From Nitrososphaeraceae archaeon (GTDB taxonomy: Archaea; Thermoproteota; Nitrososphaeria; Nitrososphaerales; Nitrososphaeraceae), in assembly GCA_016782315.1 (NCBI GenBank), contig JADDOQ010000001.1, positions 12,737 through 76,736 of the forward strand: a DNA stretch of 64,000 nucleotides, in the 5' to 3' direction. Position 1 is the stretch's first letter. Each line of letters opens with the position of its first letter. Both the position numbers and the translations under genes were made by a program. The notes under the pieces are model-generated. The model was not told where the DNA came from and ran no database searches. It saw only the letters and a list, made by a program, of their open reading frames with translations. Of the stretch, positions 9,783-18,984 are shown piece by piece.

Positions 9783-10297
9783 TTGCGTTGAATCTTGTCT
9801 TTTCCTGTAAAGTATTCCAAGATCTCTTTGCTGTGCCCTTCTGGTTTGACTTTGTTAAATATTTTTACTATTTTCCCGGTTTTATCTAGCAAGAAGGTTG
9901 ATCTATTCGTGCCATAATATTCCTTACCCATAAACCTTTTCAGCCCATATGTTCCGTATTTTTTGGATATTGCGTTGTTTGTGTCTGATGACAGCATGTA
10001 GGGTATTCCCATTTTTTCTCTGAATTTTAGATGCGATTCTTCAGAATCGGGACTTATGCCAATCACCTCAATATCGTTTTCCTTGAACTTTTGATAGTCT
10101 TTAGTAAACTCTTCTGCCTCAATTGTACATCCGGGGGTAAAATCTTTAGGGTAAAAATAGATTACTATGTTTTTCTTCCCTATCATTTCATCAATCTCAT
10201 GCTTATTGCCTTTGGTATCAAAAAAGCCAAAACTGGGCGGTTTTTCTCCTTCTCTGATTAGGGAGCCGTTTGTAGCAGGTTCATTTGATTCAGCCAT
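9764..10297 (-). CDS. bcp: Peroxiredoxin, BCP/PrxQ family (single Cys)
   Basis: YFYPKDFTPGCTIEA peroxidatic motif, GISPD, and RSTFLLD. Confidence 0.92.
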   Translation of the reverse strand: MAESNEPATNGSLIREGEKPPSFGFFDTKGNKHEIDEMIGKKNIVIYFYPKDFTPGCTIEAEEFTKDYQKFKENDIEVIGISPDSEESHLKFREKMGIPYMLSSDTNNAISKKYGTYGLKRFMGKEYYGTNRSTFLLDKTGKIVKIFNKVKPEGHSKEILEYFTGKDKIQRNQTTMP

Positions 10298-10376
10298 GAT
10301 GACATTCTATTGTAAACAAACAATATTTTCTTTTCCTTCTTTGATTTTCAGATTATGGTGCAAAAAAATTGCATTA

Positions 10377-11384
10377 TTATCCAAACACAAATGTGTAAAA
10401 ACAAAAATTATTTGACCTTGGGATTATTTCCACTTTGTGTGTTTCTGTATTTTTTGTTTTTACTATGTTGTATATAAAAGGCCATGTAGTTTCAATATAG
10501 CTTATCTCGCCATTTGTTTTGATGTGACTGCCAAATTGTCCTTCACTTAGGTATTTGCCATCCAGTCTAATTTCTGCAATTGCCGGTTTGCTATCGTCTG
10601 GCCCTACTATGACGTTCACATTTGATGCCTTGTCGTATTTGAAAATTATTGCTGGGTCTTTTTCTTTGTAATCCAGAGATGATTTTACCCTTTCTTTATC
10701 CCATCTCCATTTGCCCCTCAAATAGACATTGTTCTCCAAAATAATGCTTGGTTCTGCAAGTATGTTGTAATCATTTGTCTTTAGTTTTTGATTATTTCCA
10801 AATCTCCTGATTCTGGAGTACCCTAGGCAAATTTCTGGAGCCATGCCAACAAAATGCATACCATAAACTTTGGCGATTTCGTTTTCTTCTGGTCCTTCAT
10901 GGTTTTTTTGTGGATATTCATCATTACTATACGAAATGTCCAGTAAATCTGATATGGCCTCTTCAAATTCACTTAGATTGCCGTACCCTGGATGTTCATA
11001 CCTGACAAATCCTTCCCTATCAATCAAAACATGTTTTGGCCAATATGAGTTTCCATACTCTTCCCAAGTTTTGTTTTTTGTGTCAAACCCAGTAATGTAC
11101 CCATCTAGGCCTAAAGCCGAAATAGCTCTTTTTGTGTTATTGACATCCTTTGCAAATTCGTACTCTGAGGAGTGTATTGGTATCACTATCAACCCTTTAT
11201 CTCCATATTTTTTCTTTATTTTGTCCATAGTCGGAAGTGTCCTCAAGCAATAAACACAGGTATAGGTCCAAAAGTCTAATAGAATCACTTTACCCTTAAA
11301 ATCATTGATAGAATAATCCAAGCCATCACTCCAGACTTCTATTTCTTTAAAATCTGCCGCAGGAAACGCCGGTATGATGTTCAT
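10377..11384 (-). CDS. Thioredoxin-like redoxin with DipZ-like C-terminal domain
   Basis: LLDFWTYTCVYC, HSSEYEF, YWPKHVLIDREG, PEICLGY and C-terminal YTFVFG. Confidence 0.85.
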   Translation of the reverse strand: MNIIPAFPAADFKEIEVWSDGLDYSINDFKGKVILLDFWTYTCVYCLRTLPTMDKIKKKYGDKGLIVIPIHSSEYEFAKDVNNTKRAISALGLDGYITGFDTKNKTWEEYGNSYWPKHVLIDREGFVRYEHPGYGNLSEFEEAISDLLDISYSNDEYPQKNHEGPEENEIAKVYGMHFVGMAPEICLGYSRIRRFGNNQKLKTNDYNILAEPSIILENNVYLRGKWRWDKERVKSSLDYKEKDPAIIFKYDKASNVNVIVGPDDSKPAIAEIRLDGKYLSEGQFGSHIKTNGEISYIETTWPFIYNIVKTKNTETHKVEIIPRSNNFCFYTFVFG

Positions 11385-11459
11385 TCATTGAGTTTATGGC
11401 CCCATGATAACTTTATATCTTTTCTTCCATGGCTTGTTGTGGTGTGATGACATAAAGAG

Positions 11460-11544
11460 TGCGGGAGATGGGATTTGAACCCACGAACCCCTAAGGGATA
11501 AGGCCCTCAACCTTACGCCTTTGGCCAAGCTGGGCGACTCCCGC
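11460..11544 (-). tRNA. tRNA-Leu(GAG)
   Basis: Reverse complement GCGGGAG...TAAGG-TTGAGGG-CCTTA...long variable arm...GTGGG-TTCAAAT-CCCAT-CTCCCGC-A; no intron. Confidence 0.95.
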
Positions 11545-11646
11545 TTCAGTTTACTTTTGTTTTAGGTTTAATTTGAATATTCCCAATATTGTTGCTTGCT
11601 ATCAAAATTTGAATGGTTTTTATGTAGGCGATTATTTTTTTTAACT

Positions 11647-11886
11647 ATGCTTGTTCCTGTAAGATGTTTTACTTGTGGTAAATTGATTGCTCATATTTAT
11701 AATGAATATATATCTCGAGTCAAGTTGGGCGAAGAGCCAAACAATGTGATGGATTCTTTGAAAATAACAAGATATTGTTGCAGACGGATGTTTATCTCAA
11801 GTGTGGAAACAATATATCAGGTGATTCCATATTATGAAGCCTTGAGAAAACGCAGGACGGAGATACAATCTGAAATGGAAGGTTAG
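11647..11886 (+). CDS. rpoN: RNA polymerase subunit Rpo10 (N)
   Basis: MLVPVRCFTCGK...RYCCRRM signature; start set to ATG 11647. Confidence 0.97.
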   Translation: MLVPVRCFTCGKLIAHIYNEYISRVKLGEEPNNVMDSLKITRYCCRRMFISSVETIYQVIPYYEALRKRRTEIQSEMEG

Positions 11887-11888
11887 AC

Positions 11889-13142
11889 ATGCCTAAGATA
11901 ACCTCAATAAATGAGCGATTGGTGTTTAACAGCAGAGGTGATAAAGCTATTGAGGTCGATGTGGTTTCTGATAACCAGTTTCTCGGAAGAGCGTGTGCAC
12001 CATCAGGTGCAAGCGTAGGGATATACGAGGCGCAAAGTTTTATCGACAATGATCCGCAAAAAACTATTGACGCGTTTAGGGTCATTAAAAAAAAGTTTAT
12101 AGGGTTAGACTCCGCTGACCTGAAAACGATACATGAAACACTGAAGGGTAATGATGAGACTGTCAATTACTCTAACGTAGGTGGATCGATTGCATATGCT
12201 CTTACGATATCTTGCATTGATTCTGCTTCAAAATCCCTTAACCTGCCGTTCTATAAGGTTTTAAACCCAAAGATAAACAAAATCAATTTTCCATTTCCAT
12301 TGGGAAATATATTGGGTGGTGGTTCGCACGCCGGACAGGGAGCTCCTGACCTTCAGGAGTTTTTAGTTTGTCCTGTAGGTGCTAAATCCATATTTGAGGC
12401 GTTAGAGATTAATTCCAAAATCCATAAAGAGCTAAAAAAAAACATGGAGAAAAAAGATCCAAGGTTCACGGGTGGAAAAGGTGATGAGGGCGCATGGGCC
12501 CCAAACATTGATAATGATGGTGCGATTGAAATTTTGGAACAAGCTGTCGCAAACAGTGGTTATGACCCCAAAAAGGATGTACGTTTGGGAATAGATTTTG
12601 CAAGCTCATCGCTTTGGGATCCGATAAAGGAAACATATGAGTATAAAAGGTATGGCAAAACCCTGGATACCCAAGACCAACTGGATTATGCTGATAATTT
12701 GATAAAAAATTATGATTTGATATATGCTGAGGATCCGGTGCATGAGGAGGATTTTGAAGGAATGTCCATACTAACGAATAAGAATCCAAGGTGTCTTGTA
12801 ACCGGAGACGATCTATTGGTGACCAATAAAAACAGGGTGGCAACAGCTGCCAAGAAAAATTCCTGCTCCGGAGCCATATTGAAAGTAAATCAGGCAGGTT
12901 CTCTTTATGATGCATTGTTGTTTGCCAAAGAATGCGATGACAATAATATCAAAATAGTAACCTCCCATCGTTCAGGTGAATCAACAGATAACCATATTTC
13001 ACACATTGCTATAGCTACAAACTCTGTTATGTTAAAGTCCGGTGTTGTTGGTGGAGAAAGAATTTCTAAATTGAATGAATTGATTAGAATTTCAGAGTAT
13101 GGTTTAATAGAAGGAATGGCTAAATGGAGCAATAGTATATAA
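11889..13142 (+). CDS. eno: Enolase
   Basis: NSRGD..APSGAS, KVNQAG, SHRSGES and ERISKLNEL motifs. Confidence 0.95.
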   Translation: MPKITSINERLVFNSRGDKAIEVDVVSDNQFLGRACAPSGASVGIYEAQSFIDNDPQKTIDAFRVIKKKFIGLDSADLKTIHETLKGNDETVNYSNVGGSIAYALTISCIDSASKSLNLPFYKVLNPKINKINFPFPLGNILGGGSHAGQGAPDLQEFLVCPVGAKSIFEALEINSKIHKELKKNMEKKDPRFTGGKGDEGAWAPNIDNDGAIEILEQAVANSGYDPKKDVRLGIDFASSSLWDPIKETYEYKRYGKTLDTQDQLDYADNLIKNYDLIYAEDPVHEEDFEGMSILTNKNPRCLVTGDDLLVTNKNRVATAAKKNSCSGAILKVNQAGSLYDALLFAKECDDNNIKIVTSHRSGESTDNHISHIAIATNSVMLKSGVVGGERISKLNELIRISEYGLIEGMAKWSNSI

Positions 13143-13143
13143 A

Positions 13144-13977
13144 ATGTTTGAAAGAGTTTCAGATTCCTATTCCCAAGATAGTTATAGTGAAAAGGACAAT
13201 GTTGAAGAGAGTTTTGACAATTCAGTCGAAGTAGGAACTGAAAGTGATTCCAATTCAATTTCTCCTGATTCAAACGATATCACTTCACAATCTGGGGACA
13301 CAACCACCTCCACCACCACAAACAGTGCACCTGACTCCATTACTGGCGAAGAAGATACTGATTCGCTAGAAAATCCAAACAATTTGGAAAAAATGATATT
13401 GTCTACAGGAATTAGGGTAGGCACCCCCATAAAAACAAAATTTATGGCCTCTTTTATTACGCGTGCTAACCCTGAAGGATTATACATTCTTGATATCAGC
13501 AAAACGCTGGCAAGAATTGACGTTGCTGCTAAATTCATAGGAAGGGTCAGCATATCTAATGTAGCCGTAACGTCATCTAGAGAATATGGCAAAACCCCGG
13601 TTGAAAAATTTTGCGAACTGACGGGTGCTCGTGGGATATTTGGACGCTTTATGCCCGGAACATTCACCAATCCCTCTTTGCCAAAATACCTTGAGCCCGA
13701 AATTGTCATAGTTACAGACCCCCAAGCAGACGAGCAGGCCGTATTAGAATCCACCCGTGCCGGCGTTCCAGTAATTGCATTAGCTAACAGTGATAATATC
13801 ACATCTAAGGTTGACATTGTGATACCCACAAACAACAGAGGCAGAAAAGCTTTAGCTACGGTGTATTGGCTTTTGACAAAGGAAGTCTTAAAGAAACAGG
13901 GAAAAATAAAATCAGACTCTGAAATGCCACTTACAATCGATGACTTTGAAGCAAAATTAGTGGAAGAAGTTATTTGA
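13144..13977 (+). CDS. rps2: 30S ribosomal protein uS2 with an acidic N-terminal extension of about 80 aa
   Basis: LSTGIRVGT, GRFMPGTFTNP, VTDPQAD and PTNNRGRKALA. Confidence 0.96.
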   Translation: MFERVSDSYSQDSYSEKDNVEESFDNSVEVGTESDSNSISPDSNDITSQSGDTTTSTTTNSAPDSITGEEDTDSLENPNNLEKMILSTGIRVGTPIKTKFMASFITRANPEGLYILDISKTLARIDVAAKFIGRVSISNVAVTSSREYGKTPVEKFCELTGARGIFGRFMPGTFTNPSLPKYLEPEIVIVTDPQADEQAVLESTRAGVPVIALANSDNITSKVDIVIPTNNRGRKALATVYWLLTKEVLKKQGKIKSDSEMPLTIDDFEAKLVEEVI

Positions 13978-14852
13978 GGGAATCTGTTGCGACTAGGCAA
14001 CATAACTCTGATGGGTTTTTCTACCCCAAAAGTTCTCGGGAAATAATATTTACAATAGATAATCTATTTCATCAGATAAATGCCTCTGCCAAAGACAGAG
14101 AGGTATTGTTTATTGTTAAGGAATTTATCAAAAATAAGAAAATATTGACTTTTATAGTTCCTCATGGGGCATATTGCTATTCTGGTTATGTTTCTTCATT
14201 GGTTTACTATTTGATTGGCCTGATAGAATGCAATAAGTTTATAATTTTGTCGCCTGACCATAATGGGACCAGCCCGGGCATATCCATTATGGATAAGGGT
14301 TATTGGAGTACCCCTCTGGGTTACGTCCAAATCAGTGAGGAATTGGGATTAAAACTATTGAATGGTGATTCTGATAACTTTATCCGTATAGATCCATTTT
14401 CCCTATCTATAGACCATGCCATTGAGACTCAATTGCCTTTTTTACAGTATGTTAAAAGGGATGGATTTGAGTTTATTCCGATTTTGCAGAGAAATCAGGG
14501 TAAATCCGCTTCAATTAAGTTAGCTGATGTTTTAAGCTCAATTGTCCCTAAGGACGAAAATGTTGTTTTGATAGTTACCTCAAATTTCTCGCATTATTTA
14601 TGTTATGATGAGTGCTATAAAAAAGATAAAAAACTATTGTCTGATATACTGTCTATGAACATCGAATCCTTCTATAGAACTTTGGAAGATAATTCGATGA
14701 CATTATGTGGGTATGGATGCATAGCTTCAGCAATAGAGTTCTCAAAAAGAATGAAAAACACTGATGCTAGTTTATTAAAATATCTAACTAGTGGGGACAT
14801 TGATGGAAACAAATCGTCTGTTGTGGGTTACTCTTCCTTGATATTGCTATAA
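13974..14852 (+). CDS. MEMO1 family protein (AmmeMemoRadiSam protein B-like)
   Basis: VPHGAYCYSG, DHAIETQLPFLQ, SNFSHY, TLCGYG and VVGYSS; conserved position after rps2. Confidence 0.85.
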   Translation: MRESVATRQHNSDGFFYPKSSREIIFTIDNLFHQINASAKDREVLFIVKEFIKNKKILTFIVPHGAYCYSGYVSSLVYYLIGLIECNKFIILSPDHNGTSPGISIMDKGYWSTPLGYVQISEELGLKLLNGDSDNFIRIDPFSLSIDHAIETQLPFLQYVKRDGFEFIPILQRNQGKSASIKLADVLSSIVPKDENVVLIVTSNFSHYLCYDECYKKDKKLLSDILSMNIESFYRTLEDNSMTLCGYGCIASAIEFSKRMKNTDASLLKYLTSGDIDGNKSSVVGYSSLILL

Positions 14853-14858
14853 TGCCAT

Positions 14859-15923
14859 TTGGATATGGTTGTCTCACACAAAGTAACCTCGACATCTCCG
14901 GGAAAAGCAATACTTTTTGGGGAACATTTTGTAGTCTATGGCTATTCGTCACTTATTTTTGCCATTGATAAAAGATTTAGGGTTGTATTGGAATATGGTG
15001 ATTCTGATAGAAATTGCAGCAAGATAAGGGTTACCTCAAATTTAGGATTCAGTGCTGAGATAGTTGATTCAAAAATCATTATGTCCAATAATGATCAATC
15101 ATATGTTGATGTTGTCAACAACCTACACAAAATAATCAGTTATTTGCTAGAAGGCATGCATAATGACGGTACTGTTGCAAATAAACAAAGCATGAATGTT
15201 CATATAGACTCTGAAATTCCCGTAGGTGGTGGACTTGGGTCATCGTCTGCGTTTTGTGTCGCATTAACTGGGGCACTATATTACAATTCTGATAACAAAC
15301 CAGGCAAAAAATTCATTTGCGATAAGTCTATTGGGGTGGAAAGGGTAATAAATAATAGCACATCTGGTGTTGATTGCAGTATCTGTACATATGGCGGCCT
15401 TGGCGTTTATAATAAATCACATGGATTTAGAAAAATCGGGGCTGATATGCATGATTTTCCGTTTCTAGTTATAGATACGGGTATTCCACACAATACATCT
15501 GAAATGGTGAATAAGGTAAAAAGAGTCAAAGAAAATGATGCTGAATATTTTTCCATTTTGTGCAATCAGTATGAAAGCATTTTTAATCTTTCATTAAAGT
15601 CTCTGAAAACTAAAAACTTGGAAAGTTTGGGAACCTTGATGGATGAGAACCATTCTATTTTAAAGAAACTATCGTTATCTAACCATGTTATAGAAAAGGT
15701 CATAGAAATCTGCCAATCCGGCGGAACTTATGGCACCAAAATCACAGGTTCTGGCGGTGGGGGATGTTTGTTATCATTGGTAGATAAAAAAGACAAAACT
15801 CTGGTAAAGAGGCTGTTGAAAAAACTTGATGAACTCAAACTAAACCATTTTTTTGTGAATCCAGACGATGGCGGTATTAAAATTGAGATTGAAACCGCAT
15901 CCAATGCAAACAAAATCAGATGA
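14859..15923 (+). CDS. mvk: Mevalonate kinase
   Basis: PGKAILFGEHFVVYG, IPVGGGLGSSSA, SGVD and KITGSGGGG GHMP motifs. Confidence 0.93.
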   Translation: MDMVVSHKVTSTSPGKAILFGEHFVVYGYSSLIFAIDKRFRVVLEYGDSDRNCSKIRVTSNLGFSAEIVDSKIIMSNNDQSYVDVVNNLHKIISYLLEGMHNDGTVANKQSMNVHIDSEIPVGGGLGSSSAFCVALTGALYYNSDNKPGKKFICDKSIGVERVINNSTSGVDCSICTYGGLGVYNKSHGFRKIGADMHDFPFLVIDTGIPHNTSEMVNKVKRVKENDAEYFSILCNQYESIFNLSLKSLKTKNLESLGTLMDENHSILKKLSLSNHVIEKVIEICQSGGTYGTKITGSGGGGCLLSLVDKKDKTLVKRLLKKLDELKLNHFFVNPDDGGIKIEIETASNANKIR

Positions 15924-16007
15924 TGTTTTTGCAGGCTATCTTAAGGTTATCTATTCAATTTGTACAAACCAAATAATTAATAAAATGAATTATTATCACT
16001 AAACAGG

Positions 16008-16841
16008 TTGAATAGTACAAAGAATGGCGGTCTTTTAATTATTAAACTGGGTGGCTCTATAATTACATTCAAGGATAAACCTCTTACACCTAATTATCAC
16101 GCTATTGAAAAGTTGTCTGGTATCATTAAAGAACTAAAAAAACGTTATAAAATTATCATTGTACACGGTGGGGGTTCTTTTGGCCACTATTGGTCAGTAA
16201 AATATGACATGCATACCAAACCTTCTATATATCCCGATGAGGGAGTATCACGCGTCAATGAGTCCATGACAAAATTAAATCATATAATTGTTGAAAAATT
16301 CATTTCTAGAGACCTAAAACCATTTACTATTCACGCATCGTCTTTTGTTTTTAACAACCTGGAATGTAGTAGGGATCGAATAATGGATGTGACGGATATG
16401 ATAGAAAATAATGATATCATTCCAATAACCTATGGTGATGTAGTGCACACAACAAAAGGAAATTTCTCAATTCTATCTGGCGACGCATTAATGAAAATCT
16501 TGTCGATTAATCTAAATCCGCTGCTTTCAATTTTCACAACAAATGTGGATGGTATCTATGATAGTCTTGGCAGCGGCAAAATAATATCAAATATGCTCGT
16601 AAGTGAAAACAATGAACTATTAACCAATACCGATACCAATATCGAATTTACAAACACGCCTTTCGACGTTACAGGCGGCATGAAAAGAAAATTATCAGAA
16701 TCGATACATATCGTAAAAAATGGAATTCCAGTTTATTTGATAAATGGGTTTTACCCTGAAAGAATTGTGGATATAGTTAACGGAGGAGATTTTATTGGCA
16801 CATCGATAAAATTGCAGCAGGGGGAAAAGGGTGATAATTGA
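16008..16841 (+). CDS. ipk: Isopentenyl phosphate kinase
   Basis: IKLGGSIITFK, VHGGGSFGH, SGD and DVTGGM; between mvk and fni. Confidence 0.92.
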   Translation: MNSTKNGGLLIIKLGGSIITFKDKPLTPNYHAIEKLSGIIKELKKRYKIIIVHGGGSFGHYWSVKYDMHTKPSIYPDEGVSRVNESMTKLNHIIVEKFISRDLKPFTIHASSFVFNNLECSRDRIMDVTDMIENNDIIPITYGDVVHTTKGNFSILSGDALMKILSINLNPLLSIFTTNVDGIYDSLGSGKIISNMLVSENNELLTNTDTNIEFTNTPFDVTGGMKRKLSESIHIVKNGIPVYLINGFYPERIVDIVNGGDFIGTSIKLQQGEKGDN

Positions 16842-17975
16842 TTGTCTTTTTTTGATGAAGAAAATACAGGTCAAGATAATATGAATCTACCTGATGAAAA
16901 TGAAGATTTTGTAGAACAAATCAAAAAACGTAAAAGAGAGGGAATAGAGATTCCTTTAAAGGAAAACACCCAGGGGATGAAAAACTCCACCTACCTGGAA
17001 TATGTCAAACTTTTTCATAATGCGTTGCCTGAATTAGATTTTGAGGAAATTGATATTTCCACCACTTTCTTGGGAAAATCTTTTTCTGCTCCGTTAATAA
17101 TTGACTCAATGACTGGGGGGACCGATGAGGCCTTCCTAATAAACAAAAGATTGGGGCAGGTTGCAGAAAAATATGGGCTTGGTATGGGTTTAGGAAGCCA
17201 AAGAGCTGGATTAAAAAGTGAAAAACTAGTTGAAAGCTATTCCATTGCTAGAGACGTCGCACCCAACGCATTTTTGATAGCAAACATAGGTGGAGCGCAA
17301 TTATCGGAGGGATTGTCCACTTCAGATATCCTAAAAATAATAAAGATGATTGATGCAAATGCATTAGCTATTCATCTTAATCCGTTGCAAGAGCTGATTC
17401 AACCTGAGGGGGAGCCTCGATTTAAAGGGATTTTGAAAAAAATAGCCATCTTGGCAAATGACATCGAAATACCAATCATTGTAAAAGAGGTGGGTTCTGG
17501 CATATCGGCAGATGTGGCATTGCGGCTAGAAAGTTCGGGAATTAAATCAATAAACGTTGCAGGCTCTGGAGGCACAAGTTGGGCAGGTATAGAAAAAATA
17601 AGGGCTGATCAGCAGAACGAGCATATCAAATCTAGGTTGGGCGAGCTTTTTTGGGACTGGGGCATTCCCACCGCATTAAGTATATTGCTGGTTTCAAAAT
17701 CTGTTAGAATGCCGATTATAGCGTCAGGGGGGTTAAGAAATGGTTTGGAAATCGCAAAATGCTTAATACTGGGATCGGATCTATGTGCAATGGCCTTTCC
17801 TTTTTTGAAGAAAGCTTCCCAATCGGAAGAAGAGTTGGAGAGATTTACCAAGCTAATCTTGACTGAAATAAAGTCCACAATGTTCTTATTGGGCGCAGGA
17901 AACATAAAATCTCTAAAAAATACAAGGTATATATTGACAGATAAATTAGCTAGTGTAATAGGTAATTATGAGTAG
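16842..17975 (+). CDS. fni: Type 2 isopentenyl-diphosphate isomerase
   Basis: SMTGG, GSQR, HLNPLQE, KEVGSG, GGTSW and ASGG. Confidence 0.95.
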   Translation: MSFFDEENTGQDNMNLPDENEDFVEQIKKRKREGIEIPLKENTQGMKNSTYLEYVKLFHNALPELDFEEIDISTTFLGKSFSAPLIIDSMTGGTDEAFLINKRLGQVAEKYGLGMGLGSQRAGLKSEKLVESYSIARDVAPNAFLIANIGGAQLSEGLSTSDILKIIKMIDANALAIHLNPLQELIQPEGEPRFKGILKKIAILANDIEIPIIVKEVGSGISADVALRLESSGIKSINVAGSGGTSWAGIEKIRADQQNEHIKSRLGELFWDWGIPTALSILLVSKSVRMPIIASGGLRNGLEIAKCLILGSDLCAMAFPFLKKASQSEEELERFTKLILTEIKSTMFLLGAGNIKSLKNTRYILTDKLASVIGNYE

Positions 17976-18978
17976 TGCAGAAGAGATAAAAACTGAAATT
18001 AATTTTATTGCTTCAAAAATAAATCAGTTTATTCTTTCTAATGTTTCTGGTAGTCCAACACATCTTTATGATGCATCTTTGCATTATATCAAAAGCGGTG
18101 GAAAAAGGATCCGTCCTTTTCTTTCTGTTAAATCTTGTCAACTGTTTGGAGGGGTTATGGAAACAGTAATACCATATGCCTCCTCTGTCGAATTGGTTCA
18201 TAATTTTACTTTAATCCACGATGACATTATGGATAACGATAACGTGAGACATAGCGTATCTTCCGTACATAAGCAATTTGGAATTCCAGTTGCTATCTTA
18301 TCTGGTGACGTTCTGTTTTCTAAAGCCTTTCAGATTATCTCTCTTTATGGAGAAAGGTTTGGATTACCTAGTGAAACTTTGATAAAAATGATGAACCTCT
18401 TATCTTCATCTTGCATAGAAATATGTGAAGGTCAGGCACTAGACATAAAAATGTCAAATGATGAGAATTTTTCTTCTAAGGATGATTATATAAAAATGAT
18501 AGAAAAAAAAACAGCTTCTTTGTTTAAAGTCTCCTGCGAAATTGGAGCGTTATCTTCCTCAAATTGCAGTCAAATGGATATCGAAAACCTTTCAAATTAT
18601 GGCAAGAAAATCGGAATAGCGTTTCAATTGATAGATGATTTGATAGGTATTTACGGTGATCCGAAGATAACGGGAAAAGCCGTAGGCAATGATATCCGAG
18701 AGGGAAAAAAAACATTTCCTATTCTATTGGCAATTCAAAGCCTTGATTCTGATGATAAAAACAAACTGAAAGATATTTTCGGGGAAAAAAATGCAAGTGA
18801 TGAATCTATCAAAGAAATTGTAGACAAAATAGCTTTGGTCGGCATAGATAAGGATGTTCGTTCTGTTGCCCAGGATTACATTGAAGATGCATTTGATATA
18901 TTGGATAAGTATGATGCTTCAAACCCACTTTTGTCTTTGAAAAATTCAGCTAAATATATAGTCGAAAGAGGGTTATAA
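17968..18978 (+). CDS. idsA: Geranylgeranyl diphosphate synthase
   Basis: GGKRIRP, LIHDDIMD (FARM), KTASLF and FQLIDD (SARM). Confidence 0.93.
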   Translation: MSSAEEIKTEINFIASKINQFILSNVSGSPTHLYDASLHYIKSGGKRIRPFLSVKSCQLFGGVMETVIPYASSVELVHNFTLIHDDIMDNDNVRHSVSSVHKQFGIPVAILSGDVLFSKAFQIISLYGERFGLPSETLIKMMNLLSSSCIEICEGQALDIKMSNDENFSSKDDYIKMIEKKTASLFKVSCEIGALSSSNCSQMDIENLSNYGKKIGIAFQLIDDLIGIYGDPKITGKAVGNDIREGKKTFPILLAIQSLDSDDKNKLKDIFGEKNASDESIKEIVDKIALVGIDKDVRSVAQDYIEDAFDILDKYDASNPLLSLKNSAKYIVERGL

Positions 18979-18984
18979 TTAAAT

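Noticed and set aside
14155-14190. MEMO1 motif PHGAY instead of PHAGY
   Set aside because: The metal-binding His and Cys residues appear retained; probably simple divergence.
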